Shown in pieces: positions 1 to 8,606 of a stretch of DNA of 32,342 nucleotides. The notes under the pieces are model-generated. The model was not told where the DNA came from, did no database searches, and worked only from the letters and a program-made list of their open reading frames with translations. The stretch comes from Candidatus Micrarchaeota archaeon (GTDB taxonomy: Archaea > Micrarchaeota > Micrarchaeia > Micrarchaeales > Micrarchaeaceae), in assembly GCA_028867845.1 (NCBI GenBank), contig JAGWFU010000001.1, forward strand, positions 1 through 32,342, in the 5' to 3' direction. The number at the start of each line of letters is the position of its first letter. Positions within the stretch are counted from its first letter, which is position 1. Both the position numbers and the translations under genes were made by a program.

Positions 1-922
1 TTCCGGTTGCGAGCGGCTGCGTGTCGAACACCTTCGCGTAGTTGATCAGGTCCTTGAGGTCCCTTGCTATCGAGAGTCCGCACTGCCTGAACACGGCCTC
101 GTATGCCTGGCTGCTACCGGCGAGTGAGGCTGTGTGTGAGTGGGCGGCACCAGCTCCAGCTTCAGTGACTCCGCCCTTGCTGATTACTATCGGTTTTATC
201 TTGGTCACCCTTTTCGCTACATCTATGAACTCCCTGCCCCTCTTCACGCCCTCCATATAGTAGACTATGACCTTGGTGTCCTTGTCGTTGCCAAGATAGT
301 TGAGTATGTCGACCTCGTCTATGTCGGCAGCGTTGCCGTACGATATGAACCTAGCAAGTCCGAATCCCTCGCTCCCTATCATGTCGAGCACAGCGCTTCC
401 AACAGCACCGCTCTGCGCGGCAAAGCTGACGCCGCCTATCTTCGGCCTGTCTATCTTGTAAGTCGGGAGAAAGAGCGTGTCTATCCTCGATCTTGGATCC
501 ATCACTCCGAGGCAGTTAGGCCCTATTGTCGGCATCGAGTACTTCCTTGCAATTGCCACTAGCTGGTCCTGCAGCTGCGTGTTCCCCACCTCGGAGAATC
601 CGCCGCTCACAACAACCAGTCCCTTGACTCCTGCTTTGCCGCACTCCTCCATCACCTGAGGGACTACCATTGCCGGCACGGCTATGACTCCCAGGTCTAT
701 AGGCTTCTTTATGTCGAGCACGCTGCGGTAAGACTTGAGCCCCATTATCTTGCCCTCGTCCTTGACGTTGACCGGGTAGATATTGCCTGAGTAGCCCGCA
801 TCGATGTAGTTCTGGAGTATCACGTGGCCAACCTTGTCGGGGTTGCTTGATGCCCCTATTATCGCCACCGACTTCGGCGCCATTATGTGGGCGAGGCTCT
901 TGTACTCTTTGGTCGTCTTCAT
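1..922 (-). CDS. acdA: Acetate--CoA ligase (ADP-forming) alpha subunit, 3' end outside window
   Basis: Not in the ORF track. Manual translation from ATG at 922 gives MKTTKEYKSLAHIMAPKSVAIIGASSNPDKVG...IYPVN...IGPNCLG...AQSGAVG...ISYGN...YMEG...AAHSHTASLAG: CoA-binding fold plus the phospho-His SHT motif. Confidence 0.93.
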   Translation of the reverse strand, partial: MKTTKEYKSLAHIMAPKSVAIIGASSNPDKVGHVILQNYIDAGYSGNIYPVNVKDEGKIMGLKSYRSVLDIKKPIDLGVIAVPAMVVPQVMEECGKAGVKGLVVVSGGFSEVGNTQLQDQLVAIARKYSMPTIGPNCLGVMDPRSRIDTLFLPTYKIDRPKIGGVSFAAQSGAVGSAVLDMIGSEGFGLARFISYGNAADIDEVDILNYLGNDKDTKVIVYYMEGVKRGREFIDVAKRVTKIKPIVISKGGVTEAGAGAAHSHTASLAGSSQAYEAVFRQCGLSIARDLKDLINYAKVFDTQPLATG

Positions 923-926
923 GCTC

Positions 927-1544
927 TCAGCCCATTACCCTCAGGTCCACGGCATCGTATGTGCCGTCGTGAAGTATCAGCGGGTTCAGGTCGAACTCCG
1001 TTATCTCGTTTTCTGCGAACATCTTCGCCGCGCTTATCAGCAGTTTCTTTATCGCAGCCTCGCTCTCCTTTGTCGGGGCGATTATCGCCCTGGACTTCAT
1101 CTGCGCTATCATCGACTCAGCATCGAAGTCGCTTATTGGGCATACGCGAAGGGCGAAATCTTTGAACGTCTCCACATAGATTCCGCCAAGGCCGAGAAGT
1201 ATCATCTTGCCGAACTGCTCGTCAGTGTTGCCGCCTATTATTATCTCGATTCCGCCGGCCACCATCTTCTGCGCAAGTATCTTGTATGGTCGGAACTGCT
1301 GCGCCCTCTTCTCGAGCAGCGAGTAAGCATCCCGTATGCTCTCGTTTGTTGAGAGGTCCAAAATTATGAGCCCGCTCTTTGACTTGTGCAGCGCCTTTGC
1401 GGATATCGCCTTGAGCACTATTGTAGAACCAGAGGCGAAGCGTACCGCATCGTCAGCGCTCCTCACATAGGAACTCTCCACGCTCCTTATGCCGTATCTC
1501 TTGATGAGGGCATGCGCCTTATCGTAATCCCAGAGCTCGTCCAT
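927..1544 (-). CDS. acdB: Acetate--CoA ligase (ADP-forming) beta subunit, ATP-grasp
   Basis: Motifs VLKAIS..ALHKSKSG, QKMV..GIEIIIG..D.QFG..ILLGLGGIYVE.FKD, EFDLNPL, AVDLR. Ends 4 nt before the acdA start. Confidence 0.9.
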   Translation of the reverse strand: MDELWDYDKAHALIKRYGIRSVESSYVRSADDAVRFASGSTIVLKAISAKALHKSKSGLIILDLSTNESIRDAYSLLEKRAQQFRPYKILAQKMVAGGIEIIIGGNTDEQFGKMILLGLGGIYVETFKDFALRVCPISDFDAESMIAQMKSRAIIAPTKESEAAIKKLLISAAKMFAENEITEFDLNPLILHDGTYDAVDLRVMG

Positions 1545-1566
1545 CCCAACACCCCGAGCCTCGCGG

Positions 1567-2244
1567 CTAGAGTCTTCCCATCATGAACATCCAGGCTGCG
1601 ACGATAATTATTATGATTACTATCGTAGCCACTCCCATGATAAGCATGCTCTTCCCGCTCATTCCCATCTTTGGCGCAACCGCCGGCTCGGCTGCAGGCT
1701 GTGCCTCCGCCGCAGGCGTCTGCGCCGGCATTGGCTGCTGCATCTGCATCGCAGGTTGCGGTGCTCCCGGCTGCGCCGGCGCAGCAGGCATGCCGTTCTG
1801 CACCTGCAGGAACCCCTTCTCGGTGAGCGTTATGTCTATGGATCCGTTCCTGAACTCGTAGGACAGGTATTGCTGCTCGGCGAGCTTGTAGAGGTGCATC
1901 GCGAGGTCCCTTGACGTCACGTTAACCGCGCCTGTTATGTCGATCAGGCTCCTCTTGCCCTTCGAGAGCTGTGTTATTATCGCAAAGTCGAGGTGGTCGA
2001 ATCCGCCTTTGGCCTTCTCGTTCGCCTCCGCGACCGTGGCCTTGCCCAAATCGGTCACGCTGAGCGCGCTCTGCCCAGGGAACGTGGTCGTGAAGTCCAC
2101 GAGCCCCTTCTGCTTGAGGCCGCCGAGGATGTTGGACGCGTCGAAAAACGAGGAGTTTATCAGGCTGCCAAACTTCTCCACTACAGTATCAGTTTTCACC
2201 CTAGAGAGTGATATCAGGTCGATAAAGTTAACATCAGAAGCCAT
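1567..2244 (-). CDS. Hypothetical membrane-anchored protein with two winged-helix-like segments
   Basis: Likely start is ATG 2244 (MASDVNF), downstream of an AT-rich TATA-like element near 2278-2285. Two segments L..L...GL/YL...(V/L)T..G, a P/A/Q-rich linker and one C-terminal TM helix. Confidence 0.7.
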   Translation of the reverse strand: MASDVNFIDLISLSRVKTDTVVEKFGSLINSSFFDASNILGGLKQKGLVDFTTTFPGQSALSVTDLGKATVAEANEKAKGGFDHLDFAIITQLSKGKRSLIDITGAVNVTSRDLAMHLYKLAEQQYLSYEFRNGSIDITLTEKGFLQVQNGMPAAPAQPGAPQPAMQMQQPMPAQTPAAEAQPAAEPAVAPKMGMSGKSMLIMGVATIVIIIIIVAAWMFMMGRL

Positions 2245-2399
2245 CGAGTCACCGCTATCGTATAAAGAAAGAAATCTATTTATAGGCTCTCTCGGACTGC
2301 ACACGCTGTTTGGCCGCAGTGGGCCGCACAATCCAAAGCTTAATTAAATGGTATCTCGCAATGTTATTAGACCAAAGTAATCCGACCAGTTGATTTTAA

Positions 2400-3656
2400 A
2401 TGCAATTCAAGTTTTTCGGCGCGGCACAGGAAGTTGGGCGTTCAGCCATATTCATGAAGGACATAAAGGGCATCATGTTCGACTACGGGATAAAGCTCGG
2501 CACGGAGAAGCCCGAGTACCCGATAGGCCTGCCCCAGGTAGATTCCGTTGTGCTCAGCCACGCCCACATAGACCACTGCGGCGCGCTGCCGATGATATAC
2601 AACGGGCAGTACGTGCCCACATACGGCACAAGGCCCACGCTCAAGCTCGCGAACATACTTCTTGACGACTCGCTCTCAGTAGCGAGGAAGAACCACACGC
2701 AGGCGAAGTTCAGCAAGAGGCAGATAAAGGCGTTCAACAACAAGTTCCAGAACAAGGACTACCACCACCCGTTCAGGATAGGCGACATGGAGCTCGAGTT
2801 CTACGATGCAGCCCACATATCGGGCAGCGCTGCCACTCTTATAACTAGGAAGAACGCGAAGGCTAACAAGCGCGTGCTTTACACCGGCGACTACAAGCTC
2901 AGCGAGCAGGCGCTGCACAAGGGCGCTGAGACCGTGGAGTGCGACGTCATGGTCACAGAATCGACTTACGCCACAAGGAAGCACCCGCAGAGGGAGGAGC
3001 TGATAAACAGGTTCATCAGCAAGGTCAAGGAGACGCTCGACGCGGGAGGAAACGCGCTTGTGCCGGTCTTCGCAGTTGGCAGGAGTCAGGAGATACTTTA
3101 CCTGCTCCATAAGCACAACCTATCGGGTTACACTTACATAGACGGCATGGCAAGGGCCGCAACCAAGGCAGTGCTGGACTTCCCCAACTACATAAGGAAC
3201 GCGGATGAGCTCGAAGACGCGCTGGGGGAGGCTACAGTCATATCGGAGCACTCGCACAGGAAGGAGGCGCTAGAGAGCCCATCGGTAATACTCACGACCG
3301 CGGGGATGCTGAGCGGCGGACCGGTGCTCAACTACATAACCAAGCTCAACAAGTACTCCCACATAATGCTCACCGGATACCAGGTCGAGGGCAGCAACGG
3401 AAGGACCCTGCTCGACCACAAGAAGGTCACGATCGAGGGAGTGGTCCACAAGATAGACACACCCGCAACGTACTTCGACTTCTCGGCCCATGCTGGCAAG
3501 GACGACCTATACGACTACGTGAAGAGATGCAACCCGAGCACGGTCATCTGCATACACGGCGACGCGGAGAACTCGAAGGACTTCGCTGAGAACCTCACTC
3601 TGGAGGGATACAAGGCATACGCCCCTCAGCTCGGAGAGACGATCAAGCTTGACTGA
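2400..3656 (+). CDS. Metallo-beta-lactamase/beta-CASP family ribonuclease (aCPSF2-like, no KH domains)
   Basis: GAAQEVGRS, SHAHIDHCG, AAHISGSA, YTGD, ESTY, PVFAVGRSQE, GMLSGGP, GYQVEG, FSAHAG, IHGD. Confidence 0.92.
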   Translation: MQFKFFGAAQEVGRSAIFMKDIKGIMFDYGIKLGTEKPEYPIGLPQVDSVVLSHAHIDHCGALPMIYNGQYVPTYGTRPTLKLANILLDDSLSVARKNHTQAKFSKRQIKAFNNKFQNKDYHHPFRIGDMELEFYDAAHISGSAATLITRKNAKANKRVLYTGDYKLSEQALHKGAETVECDVMVTESTYATRKHPQREELINRFISKVKETLDAGGNALVPVFAVGRSQEILYLLHKHNLSGYTYIDGMARAATKAVLDFPNYIRNADELEDALGEATVISEHSHRKEALESPSVILTTAGMLSGGPVLNYITKLNKYSHIMLTGYQVEGSNGRTLLDHKKVTIEGVVHKIDTPATYFDFSAHAGKDDLYDYVKRCNPSTVICIHGDAENSKDFAENLTLEGYKAYAPQLGETIKLD

Positions 3657-3676
3657 TTCTTGTAAAAACAGATTGA

Positions 3677-4714
3677 CTAGAACTGCCCTACGTTAGGCAT
3701 GTTGATGTCGAACTCCTGCCCCTCCATCGGATACAGCTGCGCAGATGGTGCGCTTTCGTAATTGTTCCTCGAGTAGGCGAGCACCACTATTGCTACGAAT
3801 CCTATCGCCGCGAGCAGCGCGAGATAAAGAGTCCCGCTGTTCAGGTACTGGTAGCTGGCAAGTGCAACGTTGGCGAATACAGTAACTATGGCTACGCTGT
3901 ATCCCCTCAGTGACTGCAGGAAGAGCAGCATCGCAGCAACCACAGCGAACACCGCGAGGACGCCCTGCGCGATCGCCGCCATGTAGCTGTAGTTTATGTT
4001 CGACAGGAATGCGAATATGCCAACCGCGTTGGCGTAGCCGATTATGTAGGCCAGCTGGCCGTTCGCGAATATCACGAACACGGCAAACATCACGAGCAGC
4101 AGCGTGGCCGCGACGGTGCTCAGGTTGTTGTAAGTGGAATATCTCTCCTTCTCCTCAGAATAGGTGGGGGCCTTGTCCACGTCCTCCAGGCAGTAGTAGT
4201 TGCCGTTGTACTCCGCTATGTCCTCGAAGCAGAAGGGCCTGTGGCAGTAGTTGCACCTTGAGTAGGCCTTCCTCCACGGGTGCCACGTGCAGTGCAGGTT
4301 CTGCACCGCCTCCCTGCTCATGTATTCAGCCCGCGTCTGTGCCGCGCTCTTGTTTATAAGCGCCTCCTGCATCTGGTCGTCGGACTCGTAGACCTCGCCT
4401 GTCTTCTCTGCAGGCGCGTAAGACTCGTAAGCTTGTTTCCTCTCTACAGGTCGCTCCTCCACCTGCTTCGGCTTTGCAAACTGCATCGGAGTCGCGGGCT
4501 CCCTCTCCTGAGGTGCCTCCTTCTGCTTGTTGAAGAACAGAGGCTTCCTCTCAGGCTTCTGGACCGGCTCTGCAACTGCCTTCGGCTCAGGTTTCTTAAC
4601 GGCCTTGACCTCGGGCTTCTTCTCAGGCTTTGTCTCCGCTGGCTTCTCAACAGGCCTCTTCTTTTGCTGCTCCCTAACCTTGAAAATAATCAGATCGTTA
4701 GGGTCTATAGCCAT
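3677..4714 (-). CDS. Hypothetical membrane protein with B-box-like zinc finger
   Basis: Likely start is ATG 4714 (MAIDPNDL), overlapping the eS26 stop (TGATG). K/P/E-rich N-terminus, CxxH-x8-CxxCxRPFCxxD-x8-YCxxD, then about 4 TM helices. Confidence 0.75.
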   Translation of the reverse strand: MAIDPNDLIIFKVREQQKKRPVEKPAETKPEKKPEVKAVKKPEPKAVAEPVQKPERKPLFFNKQKEAPQEREPATPMQFAKPKQVEERPVERKQAYESYAPAEKTGEVYESDDQMQEALINKSAAQTRAEYMSREAVQNLHCTWHPWRKAYSRCNYCHRPFCFEDIAEYNGNYYCLEDVDKAPTYSEEKERYSTYNNLSTVAATLLLVMFAVFVIFANGQLAYIIGYANAVGIFAFLSNINYSYMAAIAQGVLAVFAVVAAMLLFLQSLRGYSVAIVTVFANVALASYQYLNSGTLYLALLAAIGFVAIVVLAYSRNNYESAPSAQLYPMEGQEFDINMPNVGQF

Positions 4715-4950
4715 CAGATCTCCTTGTTGGCCTTCCTGATCGCGTTCTGCTTCAGCTTCTCGAAGATTCCCCTGTGCTTGGCGCAGCTTATGCAGTACCA
4801 CTGCTTCCTCCTCTCGAAGAACCTTACGTCCATGTTGTTCTTCATCTCGGTATTGAAGGTTATCGCCCTCTCATAGGCTACGCCCTTGTTTCTCGGGACC
4901 TTCCTTCCGCATGAGTCGCAAACTACTACTGTCTCCTTTCCTCTTGTCAC
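4714..4950 (-). CDS. rps26e: 30S ribosomal protein eS26 (S26e)
   Basis: RG...V.CDSCGRKVPRNK...YCISCAKHRGI Zn-binding pattern typical of eS26; GTG start. Confidence 0.85.
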   Translation of the reverse strand: MTRGKETVVVCDSCGRKVPRNKGVAYERAITFNTEMKNNMDVRFFERRKQWYCISCAKHRGIFEKLKQNAIRKANKEI

Positions 4951-5021
4951 TTATACACCTTTAACTCTATACAATTGGCATAAGAAGATTAATAATCCTT
5001 GCATCGCGGCGACGAATCCCG

Positions 5022-6146
5022 CTAGCCAAGCTTTGTTACTGAAACCGAGTCTGTCTTCTTGTTTGTGGTGTAGACATATCTGCCATCGGGGGTTATTACT
5101 GATGGTGAGCCTACAGTCCAGACTATCTTGTCTGAGTTAAGGTCCACTATATAGTAGATGGAAGCCCCCTGGTTGCCCCCTCCAACCACATACATGTACC
5201 TGTTGCTGGGCCCGAATGCAATCTGGAAAGGTCCCTTAATGAATGGGACAACTGTGTAGTAGATGCCGGTAGTTGTATTTATTGCAATGATGCTATTCCC
5301 GCATATTGCGTACAGGTAATTCGGATTCGCCGATGTGTCCAATGAATCCGGCGGGTTCAGGCCGCCGCATACCGTTTGTACTGCATGCACGAGCCCATAA
5401 TCTGAGGCATTCAGGATGTCAATGCCGCCGTCGCTTTCCGCCACATAGATGTACTTTCCGTCAGGGCTTAGCTCGATGTAGATCGGAGTATGGTAGGTAC
5501 CAGTGGACCCAGATTGGGTGAAATTGGGGCCCAAAGGCACGCTCACCGTGTTGTTTGTCAAGGAATTGGTCACAAGTATAACGTTCTGATACGGCACGGT
5601 CTCATACACATATCTTCCATTACTAGAGGGCCTGATGGTGCTGGCGTTGTAAGCTGTAGCCACCGCATACATTATGCTTGCAGTGCTGGTGTTCGCTATC
5701 CACACATTACCATACTCAGGTATGGTGCTGAAACTGGAATTCAGGAAGTAAAACGTTGCACCGCTCTCAGAATTTCCAAAACGTATGTAACCAGCACCAT
5801 TGTAGCCTAAGCTATCCACCAGTTTGTTAGAGGTCAGATTCAGCACCGAAATGCTCTGTGTGCACACAACAAGCAGATACCTGCCATCCGTAGTTATCGC
5901 CATGCCCTTGGGATCAAAGCACGTACCTATGGTGGCAACCACCTTGTTCTCAGAGGCGTTTATCACCGAGACCGTGCTACTGTTCGTGTTCCCTACATAC
6001 AGGTAAGCGCCACTTGGGGAGACCATTATGGGGTAGGGGGACTTACCCACAGATATCCTACTAGCTGCGTTAATGTAAGCCAGGCCCACAATTGCCACTA
6101 TAATCAGGATTAAGACAGCGATTACGGCCGCCTTAGTGCTGGTCAC
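5022..6146 (-). CDS. Secreted YncE/YVTN-type beta-propeller protein
   Basis: N-terminal signal anchor and repeated SPxGxYxYV / TVSVI blades (SPSGAYLYV, TTDGRYLLV, SPDGKYIYV, TPDGRYVYT). Confidence 0.8.
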   Translation of the reverse strand: MTSTKAAVIAVLILIIVAIVGLAYINAASRISVGKSPYPIMVSPSGAYLYVGNTNSSTVSVINASENKVVATIGTCFDPKGMAITTDGRYLLVVCTQSISVLNLTSNKLVDSLGYNGAGYIRFGNSESGATFYFLNSSFSTIPEYGNVWIANTSTASIMYAVATAYNASTIRPSSNGRYVYETVPYQNVILVTNSLTNNTVSVPLGPNFTQSGSTGTYHTPIYIELSPDGKYIYVAESDGGIDILNASDYGLVHAVQTVCGGLNPPDSLDTSANPNYLYAICGNSIIAINTTTGIYYTVVPFIKGPFQIAFGPSNRYMYVVGGGNQGASIYYIVDLNSDKIVWTVGSPSVITPDGRYVYTTNKKTDSVSVTKLG

Positions 6147-6221
6147 TATTAATTAAGGCGGAAGGCACACTAAAAAGCTTTCGATTCACGTTCTGGTTTC
6201 ACTTCATTATTCGTGTCGGCG

Positions 6222-6240
6222 GAACGAAAGCTTTAAAATC
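6222..6240 (+). promoter_or_regulatory. Archaeal BRE/TATA promoter
   Basis: CGAAAGC TTTAAAA about 40 nt upstream of ATG 6276. Confidence 0.6.
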
Positions 6241-6275
6241 TAATTACCAGAGTAATAGTACAAAAGGGTCAGCGG

Positions 6276-6818
6276 ATGAAAATCTACCTCATAAGCGACA
6301 ACAAGGACAAGGAGATAGCGCTGGCAAACGCGATAGCTAAGGCCAACCACTCACCCATAATGAGCGAACTCTCTACTGACGATTACAAAGAGATGGTAGA
6401 CGAGGCAATAGACAACGCGAAGTCCGGCTACGACCTGATGGTGATGGTCTCGAGCGACTCGGTGGACGCGTGCATAGAGGCCAACAAGAGCGGAAAGCTA
6501 AGGGCCTTGGTCTGCAGCACAGCTGAGGACGCGGCAAGGGCAAGGAAGGCGGGAGTCAACCTCATAATCATAGACAACAGCACGACCAAGACGGATTCGT
6601 ACAACGTCATAAGGGGATGGATGGGCGGAACCGCGCCCGCTCAGAAGAAGGAGTACGTCGAGAAGCAGCAGTCGTCGCTCTCCAAGATAACAAAGATTAT
6701 GCCGCAGAAGAAGGAGGCGGAGAAGGAGCCGGAACCAGAGGAAGAGGAGGACATGCCGCCGCCAAAGAAGGAGACCGGCATAATCGGGAAGATAAAGTAC
6801 ACGTTCGGCGTGGAATGA
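6276..6818 (+). CDS. RpiB/LacAB-like fold protein, degenerate, with charged C-terminal tail
   Basis: MKIYLISD, DY, IEANKSGKLRALVC, A.RAR...VNLIII follow the RpiB pattern, but the DH and CGTG motifs are absent. Confidence 0.6.
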   Translation: MKIYLISDNKDKEIALANAIAKANHSPIMSELSTDDYKEMVDEAIDNAKSGYDLMVMVSSDSVDACIEANKSGKLRALVCSTAEDAARARKAGVNLIIIDNSTTKTDSYNVIRGWMGGTAPAQKKEYVEKQQSSLSKITKIMPQKKEAEKEPEPEEEEDMPPPKKETGIIGKIKYTFGVE

Positions 6819-6823
6819 GCTAG

Positions 6824-7147
6824 ATGGACCTCAACTGCGAGCGCGCCATGGGGATAATAATCCCAGCCATAAGGATATCCGTCTCGAAGAGGCTTAAGAG
6901 GGACGGGATGACGCAGGCAGAGATATCGGCGAAGCTTGGGATAAGGCAGGCGACTGTGAGCAAGTACCTCACCGGAAAGTATTCGAAGAAACTCAAGCTT
7001 GCGGAGAGGCTGGTCGACTCCAAGCGGATATCCGACTCGATAACCAAGCTGGTGCTCAAGGGAAAGGGCGCATCAGCAGTGTCAGATGCAATGGACTCTG
7101 TTGCGTTCAAGAAGGATGTTGTTGCAGCGGCACTAAAGATAAGTTAA
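6824..7147 (+). CDS. Archaeal HTH transcriptional regulator (COG2522-like)
   Basis: CE....IIPAIR..VSKRL...GMTQAEISAKLGIRQATVSKYL.GK. Confidence 0.85.
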   Translation: MDLNCERAMGIIIPAIRISVSKRLKRDGMTQAEISAKLGIRQATVSKYLTGKYSKKLKLAERLVDSKRISDSITKLVLKGKGASAVSDAMDSVAFKKDVVAAALKIS

Positions 7148-8445
7148 CTGTTCTCTATCCTAAGGATTGCGCCAAGCCCGCGCATGTCCCTCAAGAATTT
7201 GGGGTAAGACACGGCTGCGCAGTCAGGGTCCATCACCGAGGTGTCCCCTACCAGCATGCCCGCCATTGTGTACACCATGAACAGCCTGTGGTCTCCCCCC
7301 ATCTTCGGCCGCGTTCTTGGATCCAGGATTGCACCGTGAAGTTTACCTTCTGTCCTTATCCACAGGCCGTCACGGTTCTCCTTCACTGTCGCGCCGAGCT
7401 TGGGCAGCTCCCTGCAGAGCATGGCTATCCTGTCGGTCTCCTTGTGCCTTGCGTGCTCCACGCCCTCTATCAGTATGCCCTCCCTCGACTTCAGCCCTAG
7501 TATGGCCATGGGCGGCAGCAGGTCCGGCGCGTCTGAGAGGTCCACCTTGCCTCCGCCAATGCTGCCCGCTTTCGCACGTATCATGTGCCCATTCATACGT
7601 ACGTCGCCGCCCAGTCTCCTGACAACGTCAATAAAAACAGTATCGGATTGCGGCATCCCGTCCACCGGCGAGAATATCTCGATGCCGCCCTCTCCCACAA
7701 GTATGCCGGCTGCAATCAGCATTGCCATGCTGGAATGGTCGGGCGGCACGTTGAACACCGTCCTCTTGTAATTGGAATTCTCCACCCTGTACCTCCTGTA
7801 CGGCTCCATGGCCAGCACGTCCACCCCGAACCTCTTCATGGAGGCTATGGTGGCGTCGAGGTAGGTCTTCGACACCTGTTCGCCCTCCACGTTCGCCGTC
7901 AGCCCGTTCCTCATGCGCGGCCCTGCTATGAGGAATCCTGACAAGAACTGGCTTGAGACCGTGCCGTCTATGGTAATACTGCCGCCTACTGCCGGCCCCT
8001 CTATCCTCATGGGGAGCCTGCCGTCCGTAGTCTTGCACGAGACCCCAAGTTCCCTCATCGGCCTCTCGATCGGCCCCATGGGCCTGGATTGGAGGCTCGA
8101 GTCCCCATCGACCACAACCATCTCATCGTAAAGCCCGGCTATGGCTGCGGATATCCTTGCAGTGGTCCCTGAGTTGCCAGCCTCCACCTTTGGGACCATC
8201 CTCATCTTGCGCTCGCTGGTGCCCTCCACAACTACGGTGCTGCCGTTTATCGTCACGCCTGCCCCGAAGACGCGTGCCGCCCCTATGCTGGACCATATGT
8301 CGTCCGATATCAGGGCGTTGTTTATCGTACTGACGCCATCAGCCATGCTCGCCAGGAACACGCCCCTGTGGGTATAGCTCTTGTTTGGCGGGACAGACAC
8401 TGCGCCTGCTAGGCCCGACCTCTCAACCCTGCATACGGAGACCAT
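7144..8445 (-). CDS. aroA: 3-phosphoshikimate 1-carboxyvinyltransferase (EPSP synthase)
   Basis: KSYTHR, GNSGTTAR, GDSSLQSRPM, VSSQFLSG, DAPDLLP, RHKETDRI, DHRLFM, SYPKF. Confidence 0.95.
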   Translation of the reverse strand: MVSVCRVERSGLAGAVSVPPNKSYTHRGVFLASMADGVSTINNALISDDIWSSIGAARVFGAGVTINGSTVVVEGTSERKMRMVPKVEAGNSGTTARISAAIAGLYDEMVVVDGDSSLQSRPMGPIERPMRELGVSCKTTDGRLPMRIEGPAVGGSITIDGTVSSQFLSGFLIAGPRMRNGLTANVEGEQVSKTYLDATIASMKRFGVDVLAMEPYRRYRVENSNYKRTVFNVPPDHSSMAMLIAAGILVGEGGIEIFSPVDGMPQSDTVFIDVVRRLGGDVRMNGHMIRAKAGSIGGGKVDLSDAPDLLPPMAILGLKSREGILIEGVEHARHKETDRIAMLCRELPKLGATVKENRDGLWIRTEGKLHGAILDPRTRPKMGGDHRLFMVYTMAGMLVGDTSVMDPDCAAVSYPKFLRDMRGLGAILRIENS

Positions 8446-8549
8446 GGAAGGAATCTGATTCCAGGGGTTAAAAGGCTTTTCTCCAACTGGCCCTTTTCGG
8501 GGCCAAAAACCAGGTCTGCAAAAGCTGAAAGGAAGTAAAAACCCCCGTA

Positions 8550-8565
8550 GATATGCTTTAAATAC
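8550..8565 (+). promoter_or_regulatory. TATA box upstream of tes
   Basis: TTTAAATA at about 8557-8564, some 45 nt before ATG 8607. GGTTGA SD-like motif just before the ATG. Confidence 0.55.
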
Positions 8566-8606
8566 TTTGAATGGCCTATTCTAGCTGTAGTTAGTGGTTG
8601 ATATAG

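Noticed and set aside
8489..8508. Hairpin TGGCCC-ttttcg-GGGCCA between aroA and tes
   Set aside because: A single short stem in a divergent promoter region; not enough to call a terminator or operator.
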